Source: an uncultured Acidobacteriota bacterium
GTDB taxonomy: Bacteria; Acidobacteriota; Terriglobia; UBA7540
Reading direction: 5' to 3'
Assembly (NCBI GenBank): GCA_963804995.1
Contig: CAWDSK010000002.1
Coordinates: forward strand, 64,001-128,000
Length of the DNA: 64,000 bases
The notes below the pieces were generated by a model, which had not been told where the DNA came from, made no database searches, and worked only from the letters and a program-made list of their open reading frames with translations. Position 1 is the first letter of the stretch; the number at the start of each line of letters is the position of its first letter. Made by a program: the position numbers and the translations under genes. Of this stretch, positions 31,055-40,987 are shown piece by piece.

Positions 31055-31083
31055 ACGATACCATGGCCACGACACTCTGTCAA
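31055..31083 (-). promoter_or_regulatory. Sigma70-type promoter of the Cys leader / TSUP-cysH transcript
   Basis: TTGACA-17 nt-TATCGT with extended TG, 11 nt before leader ATG. Confidence 0.7.
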
Positions 31084-31367
31084 TACGCCTGGATGAAATT
31101 TTTGATGCATGGTTGTTATTAGCATGATAGGGGTCATTATGTTGGTGCCCGTGCGGTGCTGGCGCGGTTCGGCTAACCATTGTCAAGTAAAGAGCAGACG
31201 CACCCCTAGTGTGGTGTCCCGTGCTAGAGTTGACAATGGGTAGAACCCCCTCACCCGTCTGGCCTCGGCTGATGAGAACGCCTCGGCCAGCCACCCTCTC
31301 CCCCAAAGGGGCGAGGGCAAGAGAATTAACTCTCCCCTCGCCCCTTTGGGGGAGAGGGGCTGGGGGG

Positions 31368-32757
31368 CATAGGCGCTAGAATAGCTCATTCGATGCTCCT
31401 AGGCGAAGTTGTTGCGCGTGGAGGAGGCGGTTCATAAGGAGCGAGAGCGGGTGCCGGAATTTTTCTCGATCGTAGATTCGTTTTCGAGGTGCCTCGGTTA
31501 AAGCCTGACGCGCCAGGGGCCAGCGATGTTGTTTAACCCGCAAGGAGAAGGTCCCGTAAATGGCCAGGATCAAATCCAAATGGTGCAGATGCACCCATCG
31601 CCACAGGCTAAGCCGCGACGCTCCGGCAGCGGGGAACTCCCCAGGGGGAAATAGAAACGGCCTCCTCATGCAAACACTGAATCAGGGCCACCTCAATCAA
31701 CTTGGCCAGACAGTAGGTGCGCACCAAGCCGGGGTCGAAGGCGCGGAGCTGATCAAAATGCAAGAGGCCTTTGCAGCGTTTAAAGAACAGCTCAATCTGC
31801 CAGCGGATGCGGTAGAGTTCCAGGACCACGTCGTCACTGGCGAGGGCTTCCGGCAAAGTGGTCAGCACACAGAAATAGCCGGCCAGACGCAAGGCGGTGG
31901 CCTGCGGGGTGCGGCCTTTTTTGGCGGCATTGCGGCGCAAGCGCTGACGGCTGCGGTGGGCTGCTTCGCTGGGCAGAGGGCGAATCAGCAGTCGCACCGG
32001 AGCAGGGGCTTTACCCGAAAGGGGGACATATGCAACGGTCCCCGTATCTCCAGCGTCCGCCCTTTTCAAGGTCTGGTTCAGATTCAGAGGCTGTCCCTGG
32101 GCGTCGTGCAGCCGAATATTCTGCCAATGCATGCGCAGCAGAACATAGGCTCCGGCTTCGCTCACCGCATGAATACCTTGGGCGCGCGCCAATCCCCGGT
32201 CCCCGCAGACAATGTCCCCCGGCTGCGGGCGGTCGCGATCCAAGCGCTCGCCGCCCTGGTGGTCGGTAATCTCCACCCGTCGGAGACGACACTGGGCGGG
32301 ATCATAGACGGCATGCAAACGCCAATCCGTTCCTTGGCTGCCGGGGATGCTCAGCACGGTGGCGTTGAGGATCCGAAAGGCTGGCCCCGGGGCAGGCTCG
32401 GCCCGCAGTCGCTGCGTCAGCAGATGCGCCAAGACTCGCTCCAGCAGAGGAGGAGCCTTGCGCAAACGATGCAGGATAGAGGTGTCCTTGAGCTCCAGAG
32501 CCGCCTGGGCGGACCAAGCCGCCGTGCTCCGCAAAGAGAGGTCTTCGATGGCATATGCTAGAATAACTCTCAATAACTCCTCACCGCTCTTAAGGTTGCG
32601 CCATCGCGCCACGGCTCCACTGCGCTTAGCCAACTCACTCATATTGGCTGGCAAATACTGGCATAGATACTTCCAGTCGGTATCCATTAGATTCTTGTTC
32701 ATGCCAGAAGCATACATCAGCAGCAGAATAAGTCAATTTCTTATTCTAGCGCATATG
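31368..32757 (-). mobile_element. IS4-family insertion sequence (1390 bp)
   Basis: TIRs CATAGGCGCTAGAATA / CATATGCGCTAGAATA; 11-bp TSD GGGCTGGGGGG at 31357-31367 and 32758-32768. Confidence 0.9.
31608..32717 (-). CDS. IS4-family DDE transposase
   Basis: GDRG second Asp, YRIRWQIELFFKRCK (YREK motif); first Asp position reads N (ILNAT). Confidence 0.88.
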   Translation of the reverse strand: MYASGMNKNLMDTDWKYLCQYLPANMSELAKRSGAVARWRNLKSGEELLRVILAYAIEDLSLRSTAAWSAQAALELKDTSILHRLRKAPPLLERVLAHLLTQRLRAEPAPGPAFRILNATVLSIPGSQGTDWRLHAVYDPAQCRLRRVEITDHQGGERLDRDRPQPGDIVCGDRGLARAQGIHAVSEAGAYVLLRMHWQNIRLHDAQGQPLNLNQTLKRADAGDTGTVAYVPLSGKAPAPVRLLIRPLPSEAAHRSRQRLRRNAAKKGRTPQATALRLAGYFCVLTTLPEALASDDVVLELYRIRWQIELFFKRCKGLLHFDQLRAFDPGLVRTYCLAKLIEVALIQCLHEEAVSISPWGVPRCRSVAA

Positions 32758-32857
32758 GGGCTGGGGGGTGAGGGGGTCGGACAGCCTTGTCAAATATTAA
32801 CCGGGACACCACACTAGGATCAGATATAAGGCGCTGAACACCCTACTGAGGGCTTGT

Positions 32858-32947
32858 TCAGAGATCCGCGACGTTCAAACGGCTCCCCAGCATGACCCCC
32901 GGCAGCGCTCCGACCAGCCGCCGGAAGAAGAGTCCCGAATCGACATT
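32858..32947 (-). pseudogene. Remnant of a second TSUP gene
   Basis: NVDSGLFFRRLVGALPGVMLGSRL aligns with HFDSHLFLRVAAGSLPGVVLGSRL of 30025..30795. Confidence 0.6.
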
Positions 32948-33030
32948 GATTTCGGGCGCGGGCGCGGGGGAATAAGGAACCTTACAGCTAAGGCGTGGAG
33001 CAGGTCTATGACCGCCGTCAGAGGAAGGCG

Positions 33031-33183
33031 TTATACCTTTTCGAGTGCCAGTTCCAGGTCACGGATGATGTCGTGCCAATCTTCCAGGCCGATGGAGAGC
33101 CGGATGCCTTCCGGGTGCATCCCGAAGGCGCGCTTCTGGTTGTCAGGCAGGGCGGAGTGCGTCATCGAGAACGGGTGCTCACA
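33031..33183 (-). pseudogene. C-terminal remnant of a Cys/Met metabolism PLP enzyme (MetB/MetC/Mgl family)
   Basis: EHPFSMTHSALPDNQKRAFGMHPEGIRLSIGLEDWHDIIRDLELALEKV*; in-frame stop shortly upstream. Confidence 0.8.
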
Positions 33184-33603
33184 GAACAAAAACAAGCAGT
33201 TACTTCTATGGCGGTTAATTTCTTAATGTGCTTTGACATTCGAAGCAATTGGAACCTCATTTGCGCTTATTTACGAGGGATTTGCCCGCGAAATAGGCGC
33301 TTTTCCCTTCTGCATGTGTAAGTGAGAACCGGAAACCACAAGCCTTTGGGGTATTTGCCAAGTGCCCACTGCACTTTGGATAGTAAAATTTTATGTTTCA
33401 GGACTCGCTTCTAGCGGTAGAATAAGAGAAGATAGCCTGAAAAACACGAAGGGTAAGAAAAGAGCCGGCAGCGCATGGCTGGCCGGATCGCGGTTTTTTT
33501 GAAATCAGGTTGGGGCAGGGTTTCGTTCGTTTCCAGGTGGCTCAGGGACAGACATAAAATTCAAGTGAATCGCGGCAGGAGCCGCCCATAGGGAGTGTAG
33601 ACT

Positions 33604-36513
33604 ATGTGCAGGAAACTTTTTGGTCTGCTGGCTGTGCTTTCGTTAGCAATGGCCGCGCTGGGACTGGCTGTAACGCCCGCCAGCGCGCAGGGGAACTCAG
33701 GCAAGGCTATCGTCATAAAAGAGGTGAAGCACGACAAGCATGCTTCGAGTCCGGACGACCAACTTCCGTATCCTGGGGGTCAATCGGCCTCCAACCATGA
33801 AAAGGTCCTGCGCCAGACGCATGCCCCAGGAATAATGCGCAAATTGCGGGACCCGGCGTTGCAGACCTCGACTGGTCCCACCGTGGCGACGACCTCGGGA
33901 GTGGGTTTCGCGGGGGTGGGGGCCAATGGCTGGGCGCCGCCAGACACCAATGGCGCGGCAGGATTGACGCAATACGTGCAGTGGGTAAACGTCGAATTCG
34001 CCGCTTTCAATAAATCTAACGGGAGTATCGTGTACGGCCCGGCCGAGGGCAACAGCATCTGGAGCGGCTTCGGCGGCCAATGCCAAAGCAATAACAGCGG
34101 CGACATCATCGCGCAGTTTGACAAGCAAGCGGGCGTTTGGGTGATGATGCAGGCCGCTTTCACTTCTCCCTATACTATTTGCATTGCAGTCTCCACCACT
34201 GCCACCTGGACCAGCAGTGGCATGACCTGGAACCGTTACGCATTTCCCGTTCCGAACGACACGACCAATTTCCCGGACTACCCCAAGCTTTCCGTTTGGC
34301 CCGACGGGTACTACCTTTCCTACAACAGCTTTACCAATGGTAATAGCTGGGCCGGCCCCCAGGCGTGCGTCATGAACCGCGCCGCCATGTTGGCGGGCAC
34401 GACGGCTACGATGCAATGTATGCCGAGTCCCGGGACATCAATTGAAAGCATGCTGCCTTCGGATCTGGATGGCGCCGTCCCGGGAGTCTCCGGGACCACG
34501 CAAGCTCCACCCGCCGGTTCACCCGCCTACTATGTGGGCATCTACGGTGGCAGTAATGCCGAGTTGGCCTTGTTCAAATTCCACGTCGACTGGACGACTC
34601 CTTCCAACTCCACCTTCACCGGCCCGACCTACGTCAGCGTTAGCACATTCAACGAAGCCTGCGGCGGAGGGACTTGCATCCCGCAGCCGAACACGACTCA
34701 GGAACTCGATTCCCTCGCCGATCGGTTGATGTACCGGCTGGCTTACCGCAATTTCGGCAGCCATGAGTCGCTGGTGGTTTCGCACTCCGTCGACCCGGGG
34801 ACGGGGCAGTCCGGCATCCGCTGGTACGAAATCCGCAGCCCCGGCTCTTCGCCGACCGTGTTTCAACAGGGCACTTTTGCACCGTCCGATACCAGCTATC
34901 GCTGGATGCCCAGTATCGCCATGGACAAGGCCGGGGACATCGCGGTGGGATATAGCGAGTCAAGTTCCACCGTGGCACCCTCAATCTTTTACACGGGCCG
35001 GCAGGCGAGCGATCCCGCCGGCACCATGGAGTCCGAGGCGCCCATCCTGAATGGAGCCTTCTCGCAGACCAGCGGCCTTTCCCGGTGGGGCGATTACAGC
35101 GCCATGTCCGTTGACCCCGCGGACGATTGCACCTTCTGGTACACCAACGAATATTTGCCCTCGAATGGCACTTTCAACTGGGCCACACAGATTGCCTCGT
35201 TCGTCTTCCCGGGATGCTCCAGCCCGCCAGGACCCAGCTTCACGCTTTCCCCCAGTCCTTCTTCACGAACAGTGACCGCTGGGAATCCGACGAGCTATAC
35301 CATCAATGTGAATCCCTCCGGTGGATTCACAGGGGACGTCACTTTGGGTGTGACTAACGTGTCGCCTTCGCCTTCGAGCGGCAGCATAGGCACAAGCTTC
35401 GTCGGCAACCCGGTCACTATAAACAGTCCAAACTCCGGCTCGGCGACGCTAAACGTGACGACGACAGCCGATGTAACGCCGGGTACGTACACCATCACCG
35501 TCCAAGGAACCAATGGCAGCTTGAATCCCACCACCAGCGTGACGCTGGTGGTCAACAGCTCTGGACCACCGCCCGACTTTGGTGTCGGCGCTGCTTCCGG
35601 AACCATCACGGTACCGGTCAACTCGAAGGCCACGGATAACATCACCGTGACGCCTTCCGGCGGATTCACGGGCAACGTCAGTCTCAGCCTCACTGGTTTG
35701 CCTTCGCAAACAAGCTCCAGCTTCAGCGTCAATCCGGTTTCGATTACTGGGGCTGGATCGGGAAGCTCCGTCCTGACCATATCGACGAACCGGCATGCCA
35801 CGCAAGGCACTTACTCCCTGTTGCTTACCGCGACCAGCGGCAGCCTGACACACATGCTTCCCCTGACGCTGGTCATTGGGACGCCACCGAACTTTTCGCT
35901 TTCGGCATCGCCATCCAGCCAGACGGTGGTCCAGGGATCACCCACCAGCTATACGGTGACAGTTACTCCATCCGGCGGATTCACGGGAACCGTGGGCTTT
36001 GGCGTCACCGGCTTGCCGAGCGGTGCCGGCTACACCCTTCCTTCGGTTAGCGGCGGCTCCGGCAATTCCACGCTGAACGTCACAACCAGCGGCTCAACGC
36101 CGACAGGCAGCTATCCGTTGACGATTACCGGCACCAGCGGCAGCCTCACTCATACGGCGTCGGTCACGCTGGTGGTCAATGCCCCCCCCACGGGGAGCAT
36201 CTCGCTCAGCCCCAACCCCGGCAGCGTGTCCATCTCACGGGGTAAATCCGGCAGCAGCACTATCACCGTGCAGGGCGCGAGTGGATTCTCGGGATCCGTG
36301 ACGTTGACCATTAGCGGGCTGCCGTCCAAGGTTACCGGCAGCTTCAGCCCCAACCCCGTCACGCTCACCACGAACGGCTCAGCGGGCTCCTCGCTTACGA
36401 TCACAGTCAACAAAAAGGCCGGTACGGTAACCAACCAGACGTTGACGATTACAGGGAGGGACTCCACTGGCACGATCACCAATACGACGACGATACTCCT
36501 GACCATTACTTAG
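33604..36513 (+). CDS. Large secreted protein: N-terminal domain plus four ~100-aa Ig-like repeats
   Basis: Signal peptide (ASA-Q), PPDTNGAAG, PDYPKL, RWGDYSAM; repeats F.LS.SP...TV..G....TI.V.P.GGF.G.V.L. Confidence 0.85.
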   Translation: MCRKLFGLLAVLSLAMAALGLAVTPASAQGNSGKAIVIKEVKHDKHASSPDDQLPYPGGQSASNHEKVLRQTHAPGIMRKLRDPALQTSTGPTVATTSGVGFAGVGANGWAPPDTNGAAGLTQYVQWVNVEFAAFNKSNGSIVYGPAEGNSIWSGFGGQCQSNNSGDIIAQFDKQAGVWVMMQAAFTSPYTICIAVSTTATWTSSGMTWNRYAFPVPNDTTNFPDYPKLSVWPDGYYLSYNSFTNGNSWAGPQACVMNRAAMLAGTTATMQCMPSPGTSIESMLPSDLDGAVPGVSGTTQAPPAGSPAYYVGIYGGSNAELALFKFHVDWTTPSNSTFTGPTYVSVSTFNEACGGGTCIPQPNTTQELDSLADRLMYRLAYRNFGSHESLVVSHSVDPGTGQSGIRWYEIRSPGSSPTVFQQGTFAPSDTSYRWMPSIAMDKAGDIAVGYSESSSTVAPSIFYTGRQASDPAGTMESEAPILNGAFSQTSGLSRWGDYSAMSVDPADDCTFWYTNEYLPSNGTFNWATQIASFVFPGCSSPPGPSFTLSPSPSSRTVTAGNPTSYTINVNPSGGFTGDVTLGVTNVSPSPSSGSIGTSFVGNPVTINSPNSGSATLNVTTTADVTPGTYTITVQGTNGSLNPTTSVTLVVNSSGPPPDFGVGAASGTITVPVNSKATDNITVTPSGGFTGNVSLSLTGLPSQTSSSFSVNPVSITGAGSGSSVLTISTNRHATQGTYSLLLTATSGSLTHMLPLTLVIGTPPNFSLSASPSSQTVVQGSPTSYTVTVTPSGGFTGTVGFGVTGLPSGAGYTLPSVSGGSGNSTLNVTTSGSTPTGSYPLTITGTSGSLTHTASVTLVVNAPPTGSISLSPNPGSVSISRGKSGSSTITVQGASGFSGSVTLTISGLPSKVTGSFSPNPVTLTTNGSAGSSLTITVNKKAGTVTNQTLTITGRDSTGTITNTTTILLTIT

Positions 36514-36556
36514 TTCGCGCTATGCCAACTCGCAAACGTGAGAAGTAGACACTTTC

Positions 36557-36586
36557 AGGGCCCCCGTTAGGGGGCCCTTTCTTTTT
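36557..36586 (+). terminator. Intrinsic terminator
   Basis: AGGGCCCCC-GTTA-GGGGGCCCT then TTCTTTTT. Confidence 0.85.
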
Positions 36587-36744
36587 CCGCGCTGGATGCA
36601 GACTATTCCCTGCCCGGCGCTCAACCCCGCTCGCCAAAAATTTGCATGCGCCATCGAGGGAGAGAAGAAAAAAGGTGTATCCTGTGCGATCCATAGGGAG
36701 GCCGGAAAGCAAGCCAGCACGCTGAGAGAACGGGAGGCCGTCGA

Positions 36745-37635
36745 GTGAGAATCGTCAGCATCGGTGAAGTCCTATGGGATGTTATCGGGGATAAGGAATA
36801 CCTGGGCGGAGCGACCTTCAACTTTTCCGCGCATGCGGCACGGCTCGGGCACAGCGTATTTTTTGTGAGCGCCGTGGGGCAGGACGCACGCGGGCAGCGC
36901 GTCCTGGAGCGCATGGCGGAAATGGGCCTCTCGACGCGCTTCGTTCCGGCGCTGGCCACGCACCCCACGGGTGTGGTCACCGTTGAGCTCGATGCGGCGG
37001 GCCAACCGCGCTTCACACTTCACCACCCCGCGGCTTATGATTCGCCGCAACTCACCGAAGCCGAGATGGCTGAGCTCTTATCTCCCCAGCCTGACTGGAT
37101 CTATTACGGCACTCTGTTTGAGATGAGTCCTCAGGCGAAAGATCTGACCTACAAGTTGCTGGACTCCCGCGGCAGTGCACGGCTTTTCTATGACGTCAAC
37201 CTGCGCAAGGATCACTATCAGGCCCCGCTGGTGGGTGAGCTGATATCGCGCGCTCAGGTGGTGAAGATGAATGCGGACGAAGCGAGCGAAGTTGATCAAA
37301 TGTTCGGCCGAATCCCGCAGTCGCTTGAAGACTTTTGCCGCAACCACGCCCGCGAGTTTGGCTGGGATGCTGTTTGCATCACCCGGGGAGAGAATGGCTG
37401 CGCCCTGCTGGTCGGCCACGAGTATGTGGAAGCGAGCGGTTACCCCGTGCGCACCCAGGATACGGTAGGAGCAGGGGACGCGTTCGCCGCCGCCCTCATG
37501 CACGGCCTGAGCGCCCACTGGAGGCCGCGCGAGATTGCGGACTTCGCGAATCGTCTTGCGGCCCTCGTCGCTAGCCGCCCCGGAGCCATCCCGCCCTGGA
37601 CCCTCGAAGAAGTGCGGGCGCTCTCGAAGCCGTGA
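36745..37635 (+). CDS. PfkB-family carbohydrate kinase (fructokinase-like)
   Basis: IGEVLWD, GGATFN, YDVNLR, DTVGAGDAF. Confidence 0.92.
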   Translation: MRIVSIGEVLWDVIGDKEYLGGATFNFSAHAARLGHSVFFVSAVGQDARGQRVLERMAEMGLSTRFVPALATHPTGVVTVELDAAGQPRFTLHHPAAYDSPQLTEAEMAELLSPQPDWIYYGTLFEMSPQAKDLTYKLLDSRGSARLFYDVNLRKDHYQAPLVGELISRAQVVKMNADEASEVDQMFGRIPQSLEDFCRNHAREFGWDAVCITRGENGCALLVGHEYVEASGYPVRTQDTVGAGDAFAAALMHGLSAHWRPREIADFANRLAALVASRPGAIPPWTLEEVRALSKP

Positions 37636-37750
37636 AGGATTACTATCTTTACCGCAGAGGCGCTGAGACGCAGAGATATGGCCTTTGGACTTCTATTAAG
37701 GCTTGGCCGCGCTGCTACGGCTTGAGAAGGGACCCTCCCACAGGGACTAA

Positions 37751-38659
37751 GAGCTTATCCGTAAATAATAATTGTCTGTCGCCAGCAGATCATGGCCGCG
37801 GCTAAGGTTAGTAGGGCGACGTAGCTTTCCTCGGTCTTTTCAAAGCTCACCAACACCTTGCGGTATCGGTTGAGCCAGGAATGGGTCCGCTCGACCACCC
37901 ATCGGCGAGCCTTGTAACCGGGGACGATACGTTTTGCTTCCATCTCTTCTCGCTGTTGCTTGATATGCGGCCGGTAGTGGCGGTTCGTGGCCGCTTGCCG
38001 AGCGCGGGATCCCTTGTAACCGGCATCGGCACAAAGGTGCTGGGGCTTTCTCGGTCGCGGTGCCGGTCGCGCTCTCACCACCTGGTCGAGGGTGGTGGCC
38101 AGCAGCTTCACATCATGCAGGTTGGCTCCGCTGACGGCGAGCGATAGTGGGACGCCACGCCCGTCGACTAACAAACTTCGCTTGCGCCCATTTTTTTCCC
38201 CGATCGGTGGGATTGGGTCCCACGCAAGTCAAGGCCAGCGGGGCTTTCACCATCGCTCCGTCGATGCTTTGCCAGTCCCAGGCAATGCCCTCCAGCTCAT
38301 CGTACTCGGCCAGCCCCGACCGCCAGAGCGCCAGAAAGAAACCCGCCCGGTGCCACTGTTGAAAATGCTTGTGGACCGCGCTGGCGCTGCCGAATTCCTT
38401 GGGCAAGGCCTTCCACTGACATCCCGTGCGCAGCACATACACAATGGCCGAGAAGATCCGGCGCGCCGGCATTGGCTTCCTCCCACCCCCCGGCTTCCGC
38501 CTATACTTTCGGCCTTTCGACCGCTGTCGAACCGGAATCAGCGGTTCGACTTTCACCCAAAACTCGTCGGATACTTCCCAAGATTTTATCTGCGGCATCT
38601 TGGGTCATAATCATGCATCAAATTGCAGCAGACTTCAATAAGTATTTACGGATAAGCTC
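37751..38659 (-). mobile_element. IS5-family insertion sequence (909 bp)
   Basis: Perfect 17-bp TIR GAGCTTATCCGTAAATA; TSD TAA at 37748-37750 and 38660-38662. Confidence 0.92.
37755..38598 (-). CDS. IS5-family transposase in two ORFs joined by a probable programmed frameshift
   Basis: OrfA YVLRTGCQWKALP...SIDG...PTDRGK; A7 run near 38191-38197; OrfB ADAGY, RWVVERTHSWLNRYR. Confidence 0.88.
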
Positions 38660-39223
38660 TAAGGTTCTCTTGAAGGTGGCGTTCGTCACCTCAGCAAAAG
38701 CCAGATACAAGGCGTCGGCTCCGGTAACTAATCCCACCCAACCTCCTGCCGTGTGCCACCCCGCTCCCATTCCCAGGTCTCCACCTGCCAGCAGGAAGAA
38801 GGTAATCCAAAGGAGAAGGAAGATAGTCCAAAGGGTGAAGTTGGCGCGGAAGGTGGCAACCCACATCAGGAACGTGAAGATCCCCCACATCAGAAGGGTG
38901 ACTCCCACGGCGTTGGCGGCGGGTGGCTTGATCCATCCCGCCCCCACGGTCCAGAGGAGGAAGGCGTACCACCACCAGAACAGACCATAGGAAGTGAAGG
39001 CCACGGTCCCAAAGGTGTTGCCGTTTTTGAACTCCAGTATGCCGGCAATGATTTGCGCCACGCCTCCATATGCGAATGCCAGCGGAACAACCACCGCCAA
39101 AAGCGTTGGAGTGTCTCCCTTCAATAACCCCGCATTAATTGAACTCAGAACCACTGTGGTCAGCCCGAACCCTGCCAGTCCAAGAGGGGCGGGGTTGGCC
39201 GGATGTGCCATCTCCTCAGGCAT
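38618..39223 (-). CDS. satP: SatP/GPR1/FUN34/YaaH acetate transporter, C-terminus replaced by IS sequence
   Basis: ANPAPLGLAGFGLTT, YGGVAQ, NTFG...FTSYGLFW; native last 10 codons at 37718..37747. Confidence 0.9.
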   Translation of the reverse strand: MPEEMAHPANPAPLGLAGFGLTTVVLSSINAGLLKGDTPTLLAVVVPLAFAYGGVAQIIAGILEFKNGNTFGTVAFTSYGLFWWWYAFLLWTVGAGWIKPPAANAVGVTLLMWGIFTFLMWVATFRANFTLWTIFLLLWITFFLLAGGDLGMGAGWHTAGGWVGLVTGADALYLAFAEVTNATFKRTLELIRKYLLKSAAI

Positions 39224-39394
39224 GGAATCCTCCTCGCTGCTGGATTTGACAAGCTAAGCCGCTGGGAATGTAGATTGGTGCACCAGGACTAGATTCAGGC
39301 TTCCCGGCGTGGAGGGATTATATACCTAACGCTTGTGGTTAGGAGAGGCATCCGCGTAATCTGTGGACGCGTACCTATACAGTCGATGCGACTG

Positions 39395-39571
39395 AACCGA
39401 AAATGAAAAGTCCGAGGGAAAAATGCAGGAAGGTGGGGAAGTTGGTGGGACAAGGGCCGCGTAGGGCCGCGGAGAGCTACAAGTGGGACAGTCCCACATT
39501 GACAAAAAGTCGTGGGCCTACAGAAAGTAGAGTCGGAAAGCACGCGATGACGAGCCCGACCTCCTTCCCCG
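39395..39571. repeat. Dispersed ~180-bp element, copy B (core GTGGGACAGTCCCAC)
   Basis: Aligns with 24481..24662. Confidence 0.75.
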
Positions 39572-39626
39572 CAACTATCCTGACCTGGTCGGGAGGGCGT
39601 CCGCATTTGTTCTCCTTCGACCGCCT

Positions 39627-40685
39627 TCAGGGCCGAGCTTCCAGCACCAGGTTGAAGGGCGTCTCGGCGGCGCGGCGGAAGCTCTTGAATCCCCCCTGCA
39701 TCACCACGTCGCGCAGGCGCGCCTCACCCGCTTGGGCTCCGAGCGCCAAGCCCACCTCCTGCGCCCGTGAGGCTGGCGTGCAAATCATTGTGGAAGCGGA
39801 AAAGTAAACCCGCCCAATGGGATTGAGGTTCTGCTCCACGCGGTCGTGCGCAAAGGGTTCGACGATCATCCATGTCCCATTCGGCGCGAGCGTCCCACGC
39901 ACGTGCGCCGCGGCTCCGGCGGGGTCGCCCATATCGTGCAAGCAATCGAAGAACGCCACCAGGTCGTAGCCCTTTCCCGGGAATTCCTTCGCCCAGGCCA
40001 CCTGGAAGCCCACACGGTCGGCAAGCCCTGCCTTCTCCGCGGCCTTCCAGGCATGTTCAATCGAGGGCGCGTGATAATCGAAGCCCACGAACTGCGACTT
40101 CGGGTAGGCCTTGGCCATCAAGATCGTCGACGCTCCGTGCCCGCAGCCCACATCGGCGACCTTGGCGCCCGCCTTCAACTTTGCCTCCACACCGTCGAGC
40201 GCCGGGATCCACGAGCTGATCAGGTTCGCCGCATAGCTGGGCCGGAAAAAGCGCTCGGTGCCTTGAAACAGGTCGGCGCAGTGTTCGTGCCAGCCCACTC
40301 CGGCCCCGGTGCGAAAGGCCTCAGTGATGCGGGGTTCATCTTTCAGGACCGAGGCGACAACTTGAAAAGCCCCGGGCAGGTAGGCGGGACTATCCTCAAC
40401 TGCCAGCGCAAAGGCCTGCTCATCCGGCAGCGTGTAGCGCGCCGTAGCGGCGTCGTAGGTAACGAATCCGCCCGCCGCCTGGGCATTCAGCCACTCGCGC
40501 ACGTAGCGTTCCGTAGTGCTCGTCTTCGCGGCCAACTCCGCGGGAGTCAGGGGTCCGGCCCCTGCCATCGCCTTGTACAATCCCAGCTTGTCGCCGATGA
40601 TCACCAGCGCAGCGTTCATCCCTGCGCCAAGTTCTCCTAGTGCTTGACCCATGAACTTATCGAGTTTGGCTGGATCGATTTGCAT
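39627..40685 (-). CDS. Class I SAM-dependent methyltransferase with N-terminal HTH (Rv2258c-like)
   Basis: IGDKLGLYKAM, ERYVREWL, ADVGCGHG, FDCLHDMGDP. Confidence 0.9.
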   Translation of the reverse strand: MQIDPAKLDKFMGQALGELGAGMNAALVIIGDKLGLYKAMAGAGPLTPAELAAKTSTTERYVREWLNAQAAGGFVTYDAATARYTLPDEQAFALAVEDSPAYLPGAFQVVASVLKDEPRITEAFRTGAGVGWHEHCADLFQGTERFFRPSYAANLISSWIPALDGVEAKLKAGAKVADVGCGHGASTILMAKAYPKSQFVGFDYHAPSIEHAWKAAEKAGLADRVGFQVAWAKEFPGKGYDLVAFFDCLHDMGDPAGAAAHVRGTLAPNGTWMIVEPFAHDRVEQNLNPIGRVYFSASTMICTPASRAQEVGLALGAQAGEARLRDVVMQGGFKSFRRAAETPFNLVLEARP

Positions 40686-40987
40686 GGCTCCTCCATTTTG
40701 TTCAAGTGTATTCGGGAAGAAATACGCACCGAGGGCTCTGCTTCATGAACCAGGCGCACAGGAATTTGAGTTGTCAGGTTTGAGCCCTTACTGCAATAAG
40801 AAGTTTAGCCTGAAAGCCACCGTGAAACAAGAGGAGGTCAACTGCGGTCATACTTGACTCCGCCTTGCCGCCCTGTTCATAATCTCTTGCGCCTCTAAGA
40901 GGGAAGTCTGTCAGGGTGAAAGGGCAAACTGATTGCGACCGGGCCCTATGGGGGGCGATGCGCCGGCGAGCTTGTCGAGGGGGGAAT

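Larger units (their letters stand above)
31206..32817. mobile_element. MITE, second inverted copy, interrupted by an IS4-family element
   Basis: 31206-31367 plus 32769-32817 reconstitute the reverse complement of 29673..29883. Confidence 0.85.

Noticed and set aside
30860..31100. SAM riboswitch or T-box upstream of TSUP-cysH
   Set aside because: No SAM-I core or T-box consensus recognised; the Cys uORF explains the structure better
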